From the NCBI GenBank assembly GCA_963833425.1, contig CAWHXP010000018.1, forward strand, positions 1 through 64,000: 64,000 nucleotides of DNA. Reading direction: 5' to 3'. The stretch comes from an uncultured Methanosarcinaceae archaeon. GTDB lineage: Archaea > Halobacteriota > Methanosarcinia > Methanosarcinales > Methanosarcinaceae. Under the pieces are notes generated by a model. The model ran no database searches. It was not told where the DNA came from and worked only from the letters and a program-made list of their open reading frames with translations. A program made the position numbers and the translations under genes. Of the stretch, positions 32,257 through 44,569 are shown piece by piece (positions within the stretch are counted from its first letter, which is position 1; the number at the start of each line of letters is the position of its first letter).

Positions 32257-35200
32257 ATGTACACATGTGAAATTCAATATATGAATAAGCAAATAGGAGG
32301 ACTTGTTGGTAATGTCAACGCTTCAATTGATTCCAAGGAAAAGATAGCTGAGATAGTTGACAAAATTGATTTTGAGCAGAAAGGTGAACTTTTCGATGAA
32401 TTATTGAAAAAAGTTAACTCTATGGATATTGAGAACTCGCTTAATTTATGTGCCCTACTTATCAATTTGGCTGAATCCATCCATGACAATTTTAGGATTC
32501 ACCAAGCTTATTTCAACCGGGAAATGTTTCATTTATCCAAGATCAATTTGGAGAATTCAAAACCGTATCTACAGAATGCTATTGGAGACTTAAAAAAATT
32601 TATAGGCATTTGATCTACCTTGGGAATCGCTAATGATGCCAAAATTTCCCTGAAAATGCCTATAGCTAATGTATTTCTGCTGTTGAGTAGCTCTGAGATG
32701 AGAATGGGGATTATAGCCAAGATGGCAAGAAAATAGGAAGACTTCCAGGAACATTTTCAAAATGCCAGAGATGCTCTTTTAAGGCCGACACCTAAAAGTA
32801 AAGTCTGTACTTTAAAAGGCTAATAAGTCTTTTATTTTGAGAAACTAGGCGACATGTATTCCAAGTTCTGGGCGCCTGAGGATCGCGAGGAACCATTAAG
32901 GAGCTATGATAAAGCATTGAGTTCCCCAGGACTTCAAAAGTCTTCGAATAAGTCCAGCAATTTAAATGCAAGCAAAGGCTACACTTACGTGAGCCTCGGA
33001 AAACTATCTGAAGCCGAAAATAGCTTCAAACTGGCTAAAGATATCGCTTTTTTTTTAGGAGATAAAGAGAAAACTGCAAATAACTATCTTGCGTTGGCCA
33101 ATCTATATGCCAATCATTTAAACAGGTTTGAGGAAGCTCTAAACTCGGCGCAAAAGGTAATAGGTTTGTCTGGAGATCAAATTAAGAAAACAACGGCTCT
33201 TCATATAAGTAGCTCACCCAGTTTGTCCATGGGACGATACAGAGATGCTTTAAAGTATGATATAGATGCTGCAGATCATTACAAACAGTCAAATAGTCCT
33301 AAAGAAGAGGTATTTGCTCTCTCTCAAGTAGCAGCTGTTCTTTCCCTTATGGGGAAACATGAAGAAGCAATGGAACACTTAGAAAGAATTCTGGAATTAT
33401 ATGAGAGCTTGAATGATAAAGGTCAGATGATTGAGATTCTTTGTTCGATCGCCCAGGAAGATATCAATTTAGGAGCTTATGAGAATGCTCTATACAGGAC
33501 GAAAAGAGCGCTTGAGATAGCTGGGAGAGCTAAAGAGCCAGACACTAGAAGCCAGATGCCTTGATCTTGAAGGAGATATATTTATCTTTACAGGTTGCAC
33601 TCGTATAAAAAAGCTGACGAAAGCTACTACAATGCTTTTATCAAGTATATTCAAATAGACAACTTACGAGGTATGATCAGAGTATTATTGAAAAAGGCCT
33701 TTGTTAAACTGTCTCTTTTAGATTTTGAAGCTGCTGAGAGCGATATTAAAGAGGCCATAGCCAAAATAGATTCTAGCAGTCTGAATCAATGCAAAATATC
33801 AAAGCTGAGGCCTATAGACAACTGGTGGACGTTTACTTAGCTCAGAGAAAGGCCCTTATAGACAATGCTAAAGCTACTAAGATTAAGGCAAATGCCGATA
33901 ATGCCAAGGCTAAAAGTACTCAAGCTGAAGCAGCAGCATATAATTGTCTGGTGAACGCTTTGAAGATCTACCACAGCCTTGGCATGAAAAGAAATGAGGC
34001 TTATACATACAGCGATCTATCTCAGCTGAAGAAAGAAGAAGGACAATTTCAGGATGCCATCTACTTTTTAGATAAAGCAAAAAAAATTTATATAGAGGTA
34101 GGTGTTCAAGAAGATATTCTGATGTCTAATAATACCAGGGCACAGATTTGATTGGGCATGGGGGATATTAAAGGATCAAAGAAGATCCTTGAAGAAAATA
34201 TCACACCCAATACCAGCTTGCAATTTTCTAACCCTAGCAACCTAGCTTTGGACTATTATGGACTTGGCGCGGTATTCCAAAGGCTTGGAGATGAAGAATT
34301 AGCTTTGGATCATTTTCTTAAGGCTATAGACATACTAGACTCACTCAGATCGCAGTTTTCCTCAGGAGACCTCAGAATAAGCTTTCAAGGTCAAGAAGCT
34401 ACGCTTTATAGTGCCGTAGTAAGGCTATATTTCATGAAAGGTAATTATGAGAAGGCCTTGGGATTCATAGAAAGGGCAAATTCCAGAGTTCTGCTAGAGC
34501 AGATAGGAACTACAAAGTTGAATGAAGCCAGAAGGATTGGAGAAATCCTTTATAGATAGGGAGAATGAGCTCATGGATGAGCTAAACGCCCTCATCAAAG
34601 AAGGCAGCCACATGGGCAGAGCATATGAGCTGGATATATCGCTAAGAAATTTATGGGATAAAATAGCAGAGGAGTACTCCTCATCTCCAGAGATTCTAGA
34701 ATACATTGCGGTAAGAAGAGGGGATTTCTTAAATTGCGCTGATATCAAGACACTTCTAAAGGAAGATAAATCTGCTATTCTTGAACATTATATCTTGCAA
34801 GATCGAGTTCTCATGTTTCTTATCTCAACTAAATTTGAAAAGTTGAAGGTAGATTTTAAAGAGGTCGATAAAAGCCTTCTTAGAGAACTATGTATGTCAT
34901 TTTCTTCTTCCATGGATGATCTTATACAAAAGATTAAAGAGGGAAGGCTTACGGTCAATGACACATCAGATGTCAGCATCTCAAAGCCAGATAGTATTCT
35001 TCATGAGTTAAGTTTTTATTTGCTTAATCCATTGGTGGAATCACTGAAAGATTTGGAGCATGTGTATATAATCTCACATAGCTTCTTCCATCAGATTCCA
35101 ATTCATTCCATGCCCATAAACGGTAAACGAATGATAGAAAAATTCAGCGTATCTTATTCTCCTAGTGCTTCAGTGTTGAAATATTGCTTTTTCAGGTCGT

Positions 35201-35895
35201 TTAAGAACCTGGGAAGATACTTTGTGTTTAGGTCCCCAGAGAATGACTTGCCCTTTGCTGAACCAGAGAATAAAGCAATATTAGAGATCTTGGGAAGAAT
35301 TCCAATCACGGGCTCAAGGGGCACCGTAAATACTGTAGATATAACAAAGAATTCCGTAATTTTGGATCTTCCAGGGAAGGACATGATCCACTTCTCATGT
35401 CATGCTAAATTCAATGCCGAGGATGCTTTAAAATCAGAAGTGAAGTTATTCAGCAATGAGAAAATTACCGCTAGAGACTTCTTCAAGCTCAATCTATCGG
35501 CTAAGCTGGTATCGCTGAGTGCCTGTGAACCAGCTCGAAGCCAAGAAAAGACTGGGGATGAGATGATAGGGCTAGTGAGATCAATCTTATTTGCTGGTTC
35601 CAACTGTGTTTTGGCTAGTTTATAGAGCGTAGATGACTTAGCCACCTATATCCTAATCACCCAATTTTATAAGAATATGATCAACCAGGGAATGAATGCA
35701 CACACTGCGCTGAGATGTGCACAAATTCGCCTTATGAACCTAACTTCTGGAGATCTTCAGGGGATTTATGATGATCTTTCTAGCCAAGGATATGAAATAC
35801 CAAAGGAATACAGTACCTTGGTTTTAACTCAACCATCCGTAAAGATATTTGATCACGTTTTCTATTGGGTCCCCTTTATTACTATAGGCGTATAG
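32257..35895 (+). pseudogene. TPR-CHAT (caspase-like) protease, fragmented
   Basis: TPR-like fragments; IERANSRVLLE; HQIPIHSM; SYSPSAS; IHFSCH and LSLSACE catalytic dyad; SL*SVDD; YWVPFITIG. Confidence 0.88.
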
Positions 35896-36077
35896 CTTAA
35901 ATAAGTGTCTAGCAGGCTGTTTCGTTGCAAAAATAATATTTACATAGTTTGATACGAACAATTAAACCTAAATTTCAGAATGTAATTCTAAAATATGCAA
36001 TATAAAGATATTAAACCTTTTGAAATTAATTACTATAATATACTGGTCATCAAAAATCAAAACAGATAATAATTTGA

Positions 36078-37193
36078 TTAAAAATTAACTATAAGAGTTT
36101 GCTTGTTGTCTCTTGCCCTTAGTTTAGTAACACCTACACCCACAAGCCTTAATTTTTTGTCTTTAAATTCTTCAATTAGTTCCATTGCTGTATTTTTAAT
36201 TACATGTATATCAGAAGTCCAACCAGGTACAGACTTCGCACGTGTGAAAGTAGAAAAGTTATTTAAACGGACTAGGATAGTTACAGTCTTAAACAGGTAG
36301 TTATTTTTCATTAAGTTCTCATGTACACTATCAGCAAGCTTATCTACACTTTTTGTAATTTTCTCTTGGTCGTCTGTATCTTCATCAAAAGTTATATGCC
36401 TGCTTATGGACTTTACGCCTTCTCTCTCTTCAACCTCTTCAAAATCAATACCATTGGCTCTTTGCTTCATTTGAATGCCCATTTTACCGAACTTTTCAGA
36501 AAGCACCTGAACTCTAAAGTTAGCAAGTTCTTCTACCTTGTTGATTTCCATCTCTTTTAGTGCTTCAGTTGTTTTTTTACCAATGTAAGGAATTACAGAT
36601 ACTGATAGTGGGAAAAGGAAGTCTCTGACATTTTCAGGCCTAACAACTGTTAACCCATTGGGTTTCTGAAAGCCAGATGCTATTTTGGATACCAGTTTAT
36701 TTGGACCAATACCAACAGAACATGTAATTCCTTCTTGTTGCTTAATTTCATCTTTAATCTTATGTGCGCAAAGAATAGCATCGTCAAAATTACTGATATT
36801 AAATGGCACAAGGTAGGCTTCATCTATGCTTAATTGTTCAAATTTTTCAGAAAATCCTCGCAAAATCGACATAACGTTAGATGATGCCCTTTTATACAAC
36901 TCCATATTCACAGGCAAAAAAATGCAATCTGGACACAATTTATGGGCCTTGCCTACAGGCATTGCGGAATGTACTCCATATTTCCTTGCCTCGTATGAAC
37001 ATGAGCTTACAACGCCCCTCCTAAGTGTTGGATCAAATCCCATAACAACACATAGAGCTTTCCCTCTCAAATCAGTGTGCTCCTTTACTTCCACTGATGC
37101 AAAAAAACTATCCATGTCAACGTGCAAGACTATCCGCCTTTCATGGTTATCTGTTTCAGAATTTGGGGCAGACATCATTGTAAGATGGTTCAA
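36078..37193 (-). CDS. dinB: DNA polymerase IV (Y family), intact
   Basis: HVDMDSFFASVE, SYEARKYGV, SIDEAYL, little-finger domain ending LRLVGVGV. Confidence 0.95.
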   Translation of the reverse strand: MNHLTMMSAPNSETDNHERRIVLHVDMDSFFASVEVKEHTDLRGKALCVVMGFDPTLRRGVVSSCSYEARKYGVHSAMPVGKAHKLCPDCIFLPVNMELYKRASSNVMSILRGFSEKFEQLSIDEAYLVPFNISNFDDAILCAHKIKDEIKQQEGITCSVGIGPNKLVSKIASGFQKPNGLTVVRPENVRDFLFPLSVSVIPYIGKKTTEALKEMEINKVEELANFRVQVLSEKFGKMGIQMKQRANGIDFEEVEEREGVKSISRHITFDEDTDDQEKITKSVDKLADSVHENLMKNNYLFKTVTILVRLNNFSTFTRAKSVPGWTSDIHVIKNTAMELIEEFKDKKLRLVGVGVTKLRARDNKQTLIVNF

Positions 37194-38029
37194 ACAACTA
37201 ATAAAATTTGCGAAAAATAGGGTGTCCTTATATAGAAGATTGTAGGAGAGATAATTGAAATACGGAATCTAGTAGGCTGAAATTTACTTTTCTGAGTGCA
37301 TTAGAAGCTCATTATTAGAAGAACCGAATTAGTACATTGTTCGTAGTTTTCTCCTTTTATTGTACACTATTACAAAACCCAGAACATTTTTCGATAAACC
37401 TTGAATAAGTTCCATCATTTTAGTATCTCCAACACTAAGGTAACTGTTTTTACTTGCCTACCCACACTTTCAGGGTATATGTTTTATACGTGCTAGCTCA
37501 TATAACAGGCAATTTTTAATGTGATTATCAAAATGTGGTTTATATTTTACGTGAATGATCTAAACCAGGTAGATAGCTTCAATTGCCATATTGATCACCC
37601 ATAATTTGAACGTTCTGGTAAAAAAAAGACTTTATTTCAACATCAGATTACCCCTTCACAATTAGGGAAGTTAGACGTCCGTATATCTGGAAATGTTACA
37701 TAAAGATAAGAATTATAGCTCAAACCATGACAAATAGGATATGGCAACTTTTTGCGTTTAAGTTAATAGTTTAATTAATAAAATATAGTTTATTTACTTT
37801 TTCTTCAAAGAGTAGTAAAGTTGAATAAAATATAAACGATTAAATTATATATCATTATTTATACATATGAAAGAATAAAAATTACTATCTAACACTTTCA
37901 AGAACTCACCTAGAGTTTACGAAAATGGAAGGTTATGGTGTGATTCTTAGAATATCTAGAACCTATAAAGCAACATCAATACAACTTTTACTCGCATACT
38001 GACACATAAAGATGTGATATGATTACTTA

Positions 38030-39033
38030 TATTCAACTTCTAAATGAGATTTCATGTACTTTTTTTATTAGTTTGGACTATATTGCTCCATTTGCTCCAT
38101 ATTTTATTAACAGATTGATAAAAAATGGCTTATTCTCAGCCCATCCATTGAGTTTTTTTTCCGCATTTCTCAGAGAGCCGGGCGTACAATCTATTGAACG
38201 AGTCGTCATTATACCTAAGTGTATCTTCCTTTGCTTGCCATTGTTCATCTGTTTCACAGCATTTCAAGGTATTTATCTGAAATATTTCTGAGAACGAAGA
38301 GATAACCCTCCTCTCTGGTTATAAGTTGTTTTTCGAACTGCGCCCTACGTACTGGGTTCATTCCTTTCTGTGGAGCCCTGTTTCGGAACTTGGTATAATC
38401 ATTAACTGCAGTAGAAGCTTCTGGTGTCAAAAATGTACAGAATTGAACTCCTGTTTTAGTTCTTTTCAATTTCAGTGTCGTAATTCCTGTTTCAGGGTCG
38501 CAATTCCCCTTGAAATCGCTTATTCTCAAATTACATATGTCTGCGGCGGCTAATCCACTTGAAACACCAATGAGAACAATAGCTTTTCTTAGCACGTCAG
38601 CGACTTTGAGCACGTCACGAATACAATCTTTCGAAATTTGTTTCATGTTCTCCTTCTTAGGCTCAGCACCATTGTTACCTTGTAACTTTGGAACTTCTAC
38701 ATAGAAAGCTTTGTAAAAACTGACTACACAATTCATATAGTTCCTGATTGAAGTAGGCACAAAATTGTTTTCCAAGTATTTCCTGAAACCACGTAATCGA
38801 GTAAGAATTTTACGCCTTCTCATAACTAATTGTTTTGAAGCTTCGTTCTCTGCTTCAGTCAATAATTCATCAGATGTTAAGCCAGTAAATTTAACATATT
38901 GATTGAAACCGATTAGGTAGTTATTCACAGTCATAGGTTTCTTTCGAATAATGTCTACCATTGCATTATAACAGGGTCGTTCTTCAAATCTAAATAATTT
39001 ACCATCTAATCTACTTTTTATACATTCTAACAA
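38030..39033 (-). pseudogene. Tyrosine integrase, C-terminally degraded
   Basis: SSGLAAADICNL, LKRTKTGV, TFLTPEA; frameshift near 38254 and no recognisable HxxR/Y region. Confidence 0.75.
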
Positions 39034-40790
39034 ATATATACGTTTGGGAGTTAGTGTAAGTTATCTTCTGAAAAGAAATAGTCAAAAAAGTCTTTTTGAC
39101 TATTGAATCTAAATTTTTTTGCCATTATAGCCAATTTTAATGTGGAATCTGCCAGAAGCAATATCATTGAATTTGCCCAAAATGCCATTCAGCTTATAAT
39201 CGTTAAGAGTTATTAGGATCTCTGTCATAATCAAAAATTATATTAGTCACTTAAAATGCAAGATTTAAACAGTAAATTTTTAGTTTTTGGTGGAGAAGAT
39301 TGTTTCCAATGCACTGGTTGACATTTTCATCTAATAATTCATTTTGAAAAATTTACTCGATATCTAATCTAACTAGCATATAGATAAGCAATAATGATAT
39401 ATTATATAAAACTCAACACATAAATTTAATAAATGAATTTTTTAAGTAGCGCTTAACTAATTATAGACAGACTACCAGTTTTGGGATCAGGTCATTAATG
39501 TGGGAGCGCATCGAAGATATTGATGATAGTTAATTATTTTAGTGGGCAATAAATTTATTTTTATTCATAATTTATTGAAAACAATGGACATTAAACTCTA
39601 GTCTATTTTATTCAAAGATTAATAATATACTCATTATTCAGATTTAATTATTTTCTCCCTTTTAAACGATGATGCTCAACATAACTGTAGCTTTCTTCAA
39701 TAAATATATGCTTAATTATATATATGACTAACTTTTCTCAAGAATACCATTATTTTAGCAATATGGCAATAGCTAAAAAGCAAACATGATATCCTTCAAA
39801 AAACAAGCACAAAAAGTGGGACATATCTCCTACCTCACTTTTTTGACTTTGATTTTCATCATTACCTTGAAAGGAAGGTTTTCAGAGTTCTGTTTTTTAA
39901 AACCATCTATAAACCTAATAAGCGAATTACCTTCTAAGGCTTAAATATGACTTTGATCATGGATATTGAATTGATCCTTTAACCAATACGACTGGCCAAA
40001 TAGATTAAATGATCTAAATTGTCAAAAACGGTAAACAAATCTTGTGTTCAGGCACTCATAAACTTTTTCCCATTGCTATCATTTTCATGTATATAAGTTG
40101 AAAAATAACAATAATGTTTCGATAGAGACGATAATGGAATATTAGCTATATAAAAATTTGATGATATCAGAATAAATGTAATGTTTTTACCTGTGAATTA
40201 ACAAGTAATTTTTTGAATTCCTATTTATGTCCTTTCCATATCTGCATCTATATTTTATAATTGGAAATGAATGTGACATGAAAACGTTTTACTCATAAAA
40301 AGACTGATAAAATAGATTCAGACTTCATTCCACAAATTGAACTTAATAACATGAGTCAACTATCAAGAATTTTCCCAAAATATCATAGAATTCCGTTAAT
40401 ACTTTTGGCTTCTCAAAAAATAATTATAAAAACTGAAGTTCAAGCTGTTCTTTCCTTTGAAATGTTTAATCCAAATGATGTACTTAGAGATCTTTTTCCT
40501 AAAATGTTAATCCAAATGATGTACTTATAGATATTTTTGGAAAGTATTGTATACCAATTCTATAAGAAATTTATTTGGGGAAACCAGTAGATCAGATGGC
40601 AAACGATTCCATATTCAAACTGTTGACTTAAAAAAAGATTATCAATTATTCACCCGCCCAAAATAAATTTATTAATATTTTATTTAGTTGTAAAAAATGT
40701 GTAATTGCTAACCCATTCAAAAATATAAATAAAATCATTAACCAATAATTTAAGAAACCGAGTTTGAAAAAATTTGTCCATGATAGATTA

Positions 40791-40832
40791 AATTAGATGA
40801 TATGATGCTTTAATTAGATGATATGATGCTTT
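40791..40832 (+). repeat. Perfect 21-bp tandem duplication
   Basis: AATTAGATGATATGATGCTTT x2. Confidence 0.9.
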
Positions 40833-41363
40833 TTCTCAAGTTTAACAGTTAAGAAGTTTATTTTATTTAATTTGAATTATTACAAAAATTTAATAAATCA
40901 AGTGAGCATACTTAATATAGATACTTTATTATTTTTTGGGTTTTGGATTGACTGAAGTCATCTAATTTGGGAAATAAGTATAATTTTCAGCTATCCCAGA
41001 AGATATTAAAAGTTTCTAAATCGAGACAAATTTGCAATCCAATTTAATCCGTTTAATGTGGATACTGAATTGGTATAGAGGAGGGACAGTAGAGAAAAAC
41101 TAGTAACACTAAAAATCGGCTAGTTGGTGCTCAAAAATTCATATATTACAAAGTAGGCATCAAAAAAATATAATTTGCTAGCTATGAAAGGATCAGAGGG
41201 TCCTTATTTAAGTCCTAGTAAAACAAGGAATTGCCAAAACTAATTTAAATAAGACCTGAAAAATGGGAATCCTTTGAAGATTAACCAGATCCTTGAACAT
41301 GAGATTGAAATCTAAAATAAAACAATTTTTTCAAAGCTGTAAGCTGATTTAGGAGTTGAATAT

Positions 41364-41480
41364 ATGACTGAAAAAAAGAAAGCTGAACCAGAGAAAGAAG
41401 AAGAAGCTAAAGTAGAACCCATACATCCCTCTGAAAAAAGGGGAGGGAAAAAGAAGTCCATTCTAGACACTTGTAAGTAA
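41364..41480 (+). CDS. Small charged protein (38 aa)
   Basis: AGGAG upstream; MTEKKKAEPEKEEEAKVEPIHPSEKRGGKKKSILDTCK. Confidence 0.5.
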   Translation: MTEKKKAEPEKEEEAKVEPIHPSEKRGGKKKSILDTCK

Positions 41481-41639
41481 ATAGGTTTCTATTTTGATAG
41501 TGGGGATGGGATGTAATCAACCCAGAAGAAAATGAGCATATCCTTGTTTGGAAAATATATAGAGACTCATATGCGTATGGTATTTAGCAACTCATCTCAC
41601 ATTCTGATAGTCAAACCGAGTATTCATGATTTAAATTAC

Positions 41640-41730
41640 AGAGGATTTCGATAAACCTCTAAATTTTGTCATATGCTACAAATTAGTATGTATATGACTC
41701 ATGAAAATTAAAGGTTTCTCAAAATCCTCT
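41640..41730. mobile_element. MITE copy
   Basis: AGAGGATTTCGATAAACCT...AGGTTTCTCAAAATCCTCT. Confidence 0.8.
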
Positions 41731-42697
41731 AACAGTAAACTAATGAATCAATTCTTTTTTGAAAATCAATTTTTGTAAGTCTGGAAGAGACCTTTTCTTT
41801 CTCTCTGAGTCGTACAAGAGAAAGTAGTTAACACATCGTCTCTACATAAAACAGAGCTTAAAAGTATTTCTTTACTCTGCCAAGGTACGTCTACTATTTT
41901 TAAGGTTTTCAGCCAAGTAATTGCATAAGGATTGATCATTGAATTAAGAAAGACGTTTAGTTTTCTATAACACCACTCTTCAAAATACACACTATATAAA
42001 TAAGATTTTTATAAAAATGAGCCGTCCTATAGAGATCAATTTTGGTGTCTTAGAAGGATTTGATTATTAGTTTGCCTGAAGCAAACATCAATGTCCTATT
42101 TCTAAAATTATGTTAATATCTATGAACAATCCCACTTCCTGCATGTCATAAGAACTCCACTTATTTCTTCAATATGCTAGTGAATTTTAAATTGATTTAA
42201 CTTCGTAAATATTTTACGGCTAAAAATACTGTCATTGGCCATTTTTACTAAGATCCAATGAGTCAATTTCAGTGAGCTGATTTTAATTAACTATCATCTA
42301 TTGATCATGTTTTATTTCCCATCAGGTGATACTCAGGAGTGTCTATTGAATCAAAAAAGAGTTAACTATGTGATAGAGTGGGGAGGAAGAAAAATGTTAA
42401 AAGTAAACCAAACCTTTCTACTAAAATGTTATTAAACTATGCGATTGGGAAAACAGCAAATTCTAAATTATCTTGATGAAATTTATGAAAATTATTAAAA
42501 CAATTTTTGACGAAAATAGAAGGTTTTATTCCAAATGTATTTTATGCTGTCAAGCTAATTTTATCTTTACAAACTATATTCTTATATGGGGAGCACAAAG
42601 TGAAATTTTATCCAAATTATAGATAGGAAAGCAAATAAACAAACTGATGAATTAACAGCTAAATATGTATAAAAATCGAGAAGCTTAAAAAATTAAA

Positions 42698-42782
42698 CGA
42701 CGAGAGGGGGATTCGAACCCCCGAGATGTGGAACATCACGGGATTAGCAATCCCGCGCCATACCGGGCTTGGCTATCTCGTC
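42698..42782 (-). tRNA. tRNA-Ser(GCU)
   Basis: GACGAGA acceptor stem, CGGGA-TTGCTAA-TCCCG anticodon arm, long variable arm, GGTTCGAATCC; CCA not encoded. Confidence 0.97.
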
Positions 42783-42917
42783 ACTGAGATGATTTGAAAA
42801 TGTGTTTTTGAAACGCAGTTTATATATTTAATTCTTTCTAGAGAGGTAATTCTTATAAACAATTTTCTCCACTGTATATAAATTATATAATTAAAACTGG
42901 CTGTAAAAAATTTCAAG

Positions 42918-43232
42918 TGATGAGCACGCCTCAAGTCGTTGAATCTTGGAGACTCCAGGAGACTGGATTCTCTTCTCCACCCCGTGCCCCCGTAAGCGAC
43001 AGTTGCCCACAGTGAGTCTGCTCCCTTCCGGGCCTCGACCGATTTCCGCAGTTAGGGTATGAAGATCTGTTTTCCAGCAAATCCGCATACCTGCACCATC
43101 CAAACAGGACGAAGCTTCTCAGTTGAGACTCCAGGCTGGAATTTCTTCGACGCATCTTCCCTCGGTTTCGTCCCCCGCGTATCGACGATTTCGGGTTACA
43201 GGTAACGCCGGGCTACCCGGACTAGCTCATCA
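42918..43232 (-). ncRNA. ffs: Archaeal SRP (7S) RNA
   Basis: Terminal helix TGATGAGC/GCTCATCA; Alu motif CCTGTAACCCG; helix 8 GGCCCGGAAGGGAGCA; lies upstream of tRNA-Ser. Confidence 0.92.
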
Positions 43233-43929
43233 GCTATACAAAGACACTTGTAATTTATAAAACTATCCCCACTGATATTCATTTTTTTGGCAAAACGATC
43301 AAAAAGACAAAAATTGCGTTCTAAAAAAGGAAAAAATGTAATTTAAAGCCTCTTTAACCTAATTTTACAATTGAGTAAAATGATTACCCTTTTGTTTGTG
43401 TTATTTGATCCGAGGGATACAAACGCAATGCATAGAACACTCACTTCGATATTTTACAAATAAATATGCGTTCCTATAAGATTGACTCTTGGAGTTCAAT
43501 TTTTTTATGAAAGACTTAATTTTTGTGAGATCTTTAACAGGCATTGATAGGCTTTATAGGCTCTAAATCCGCTGACGATCTTAGGAGAAAGGAATTTGGC
43601 AGATGCCTAATCAGAAAGAAATTAGCTCCACAGTACATTTTTAAAAATTCCATGAGATAGTAGTTTATAGAAATTTGAAAATTTTAGAGAGTAACATGGA
43701 AAAAATTATATAGGATATTCTGAACAATTGATATTCTGTTTGTGATCTGAAGAAACATATCTAAATTTGGACCGGATAAATAGATCTCTTCCTAGAACTA
43801 GATCTAGATTTGGTAGGCATGGATAAGCAGAGATCATATTAATTGACAAGTTGCATAACATTTAGTTAGTGACTTTAAAAAACAATAAACACTACTTTCG
43901 GATCGAGTGAATGGAGTAACTTTTTGACT

Positions 43930-44420
43930 TCTGATATTTTTGACACTTATTGTTAGATGAAAAGCAGACTCTAAAAAACCTATAATATTTTTTGAGTCAA
44001 TACTTTTCAACAAAAAAAGTTTTCTGAGACATACTGAAGCTGAAGTAATTATTACGCTCAAAATCTTGTTTTACAACAACTTCGTGGTCGTTCAGAATCT
44101 GAACTTGAGAAACAATATATTGATCGAATTTCTTCAGCATTTTTTTGGATTTCTTGAGTACATGAAAGACAGTATCACAGTTTATTGATTTAGAAAAATT
44201 ATTATTGATAACTGCAACTAAAAGGAAAATCGGGAGACCGTTTAAAAGCCAATTTGATTATTTTATTTTGAAAATAAAAAATAGAAGGATTCAGGAAGCT
44301 ACTTTTATTCATTCAAATTCTGGATATGCAAAAGTGAATAGATTTCTAGAAAATAAAACAAAAATAAGGTCAAATATAATGTTTAATGAGAAAGGTTCGG
44401 ACAGGATTCTCGATAAAAAA
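43930..44420 (+). pseudogene. IS5-family transposase remnant
   Basis: LKIKNRRIQEATFIHSNSGYAK; homologous to 57040-57825; boundaries approximate. Confidence 0.65.
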
Positions 44421-44569
44421 GTTAGATATGTATCGGAATCCTCTGTTATTTATTAATTGTATTTTTTATTTTCATGATACTTGGCAAATAATAGCTATAT
44501 AGGATTCTGTATTAATCAACTAGCCGATATATTTGCAATCTGGGTGGCTATTTTTTTCAAGAATATACT

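Noticed and set aside
35623..35625. Pyrrolysine readthrough of the TAG in the CHAT gene
   Set aside because: The position matches the conserved Trp of SLW (TGG to TAG), and the gene has many other lesions.
40461..40532. Mini-CRISPR
   Set aside because: Only two copies with ~10 bp between them; better explained as a local duplication.
42918..43232. RNase P RNA, or the ORFs 42891-43103 and 42931-43155
   Set aside because: Alu and helix-8 motifs identify SRP RNA; the ORFs are incidental.
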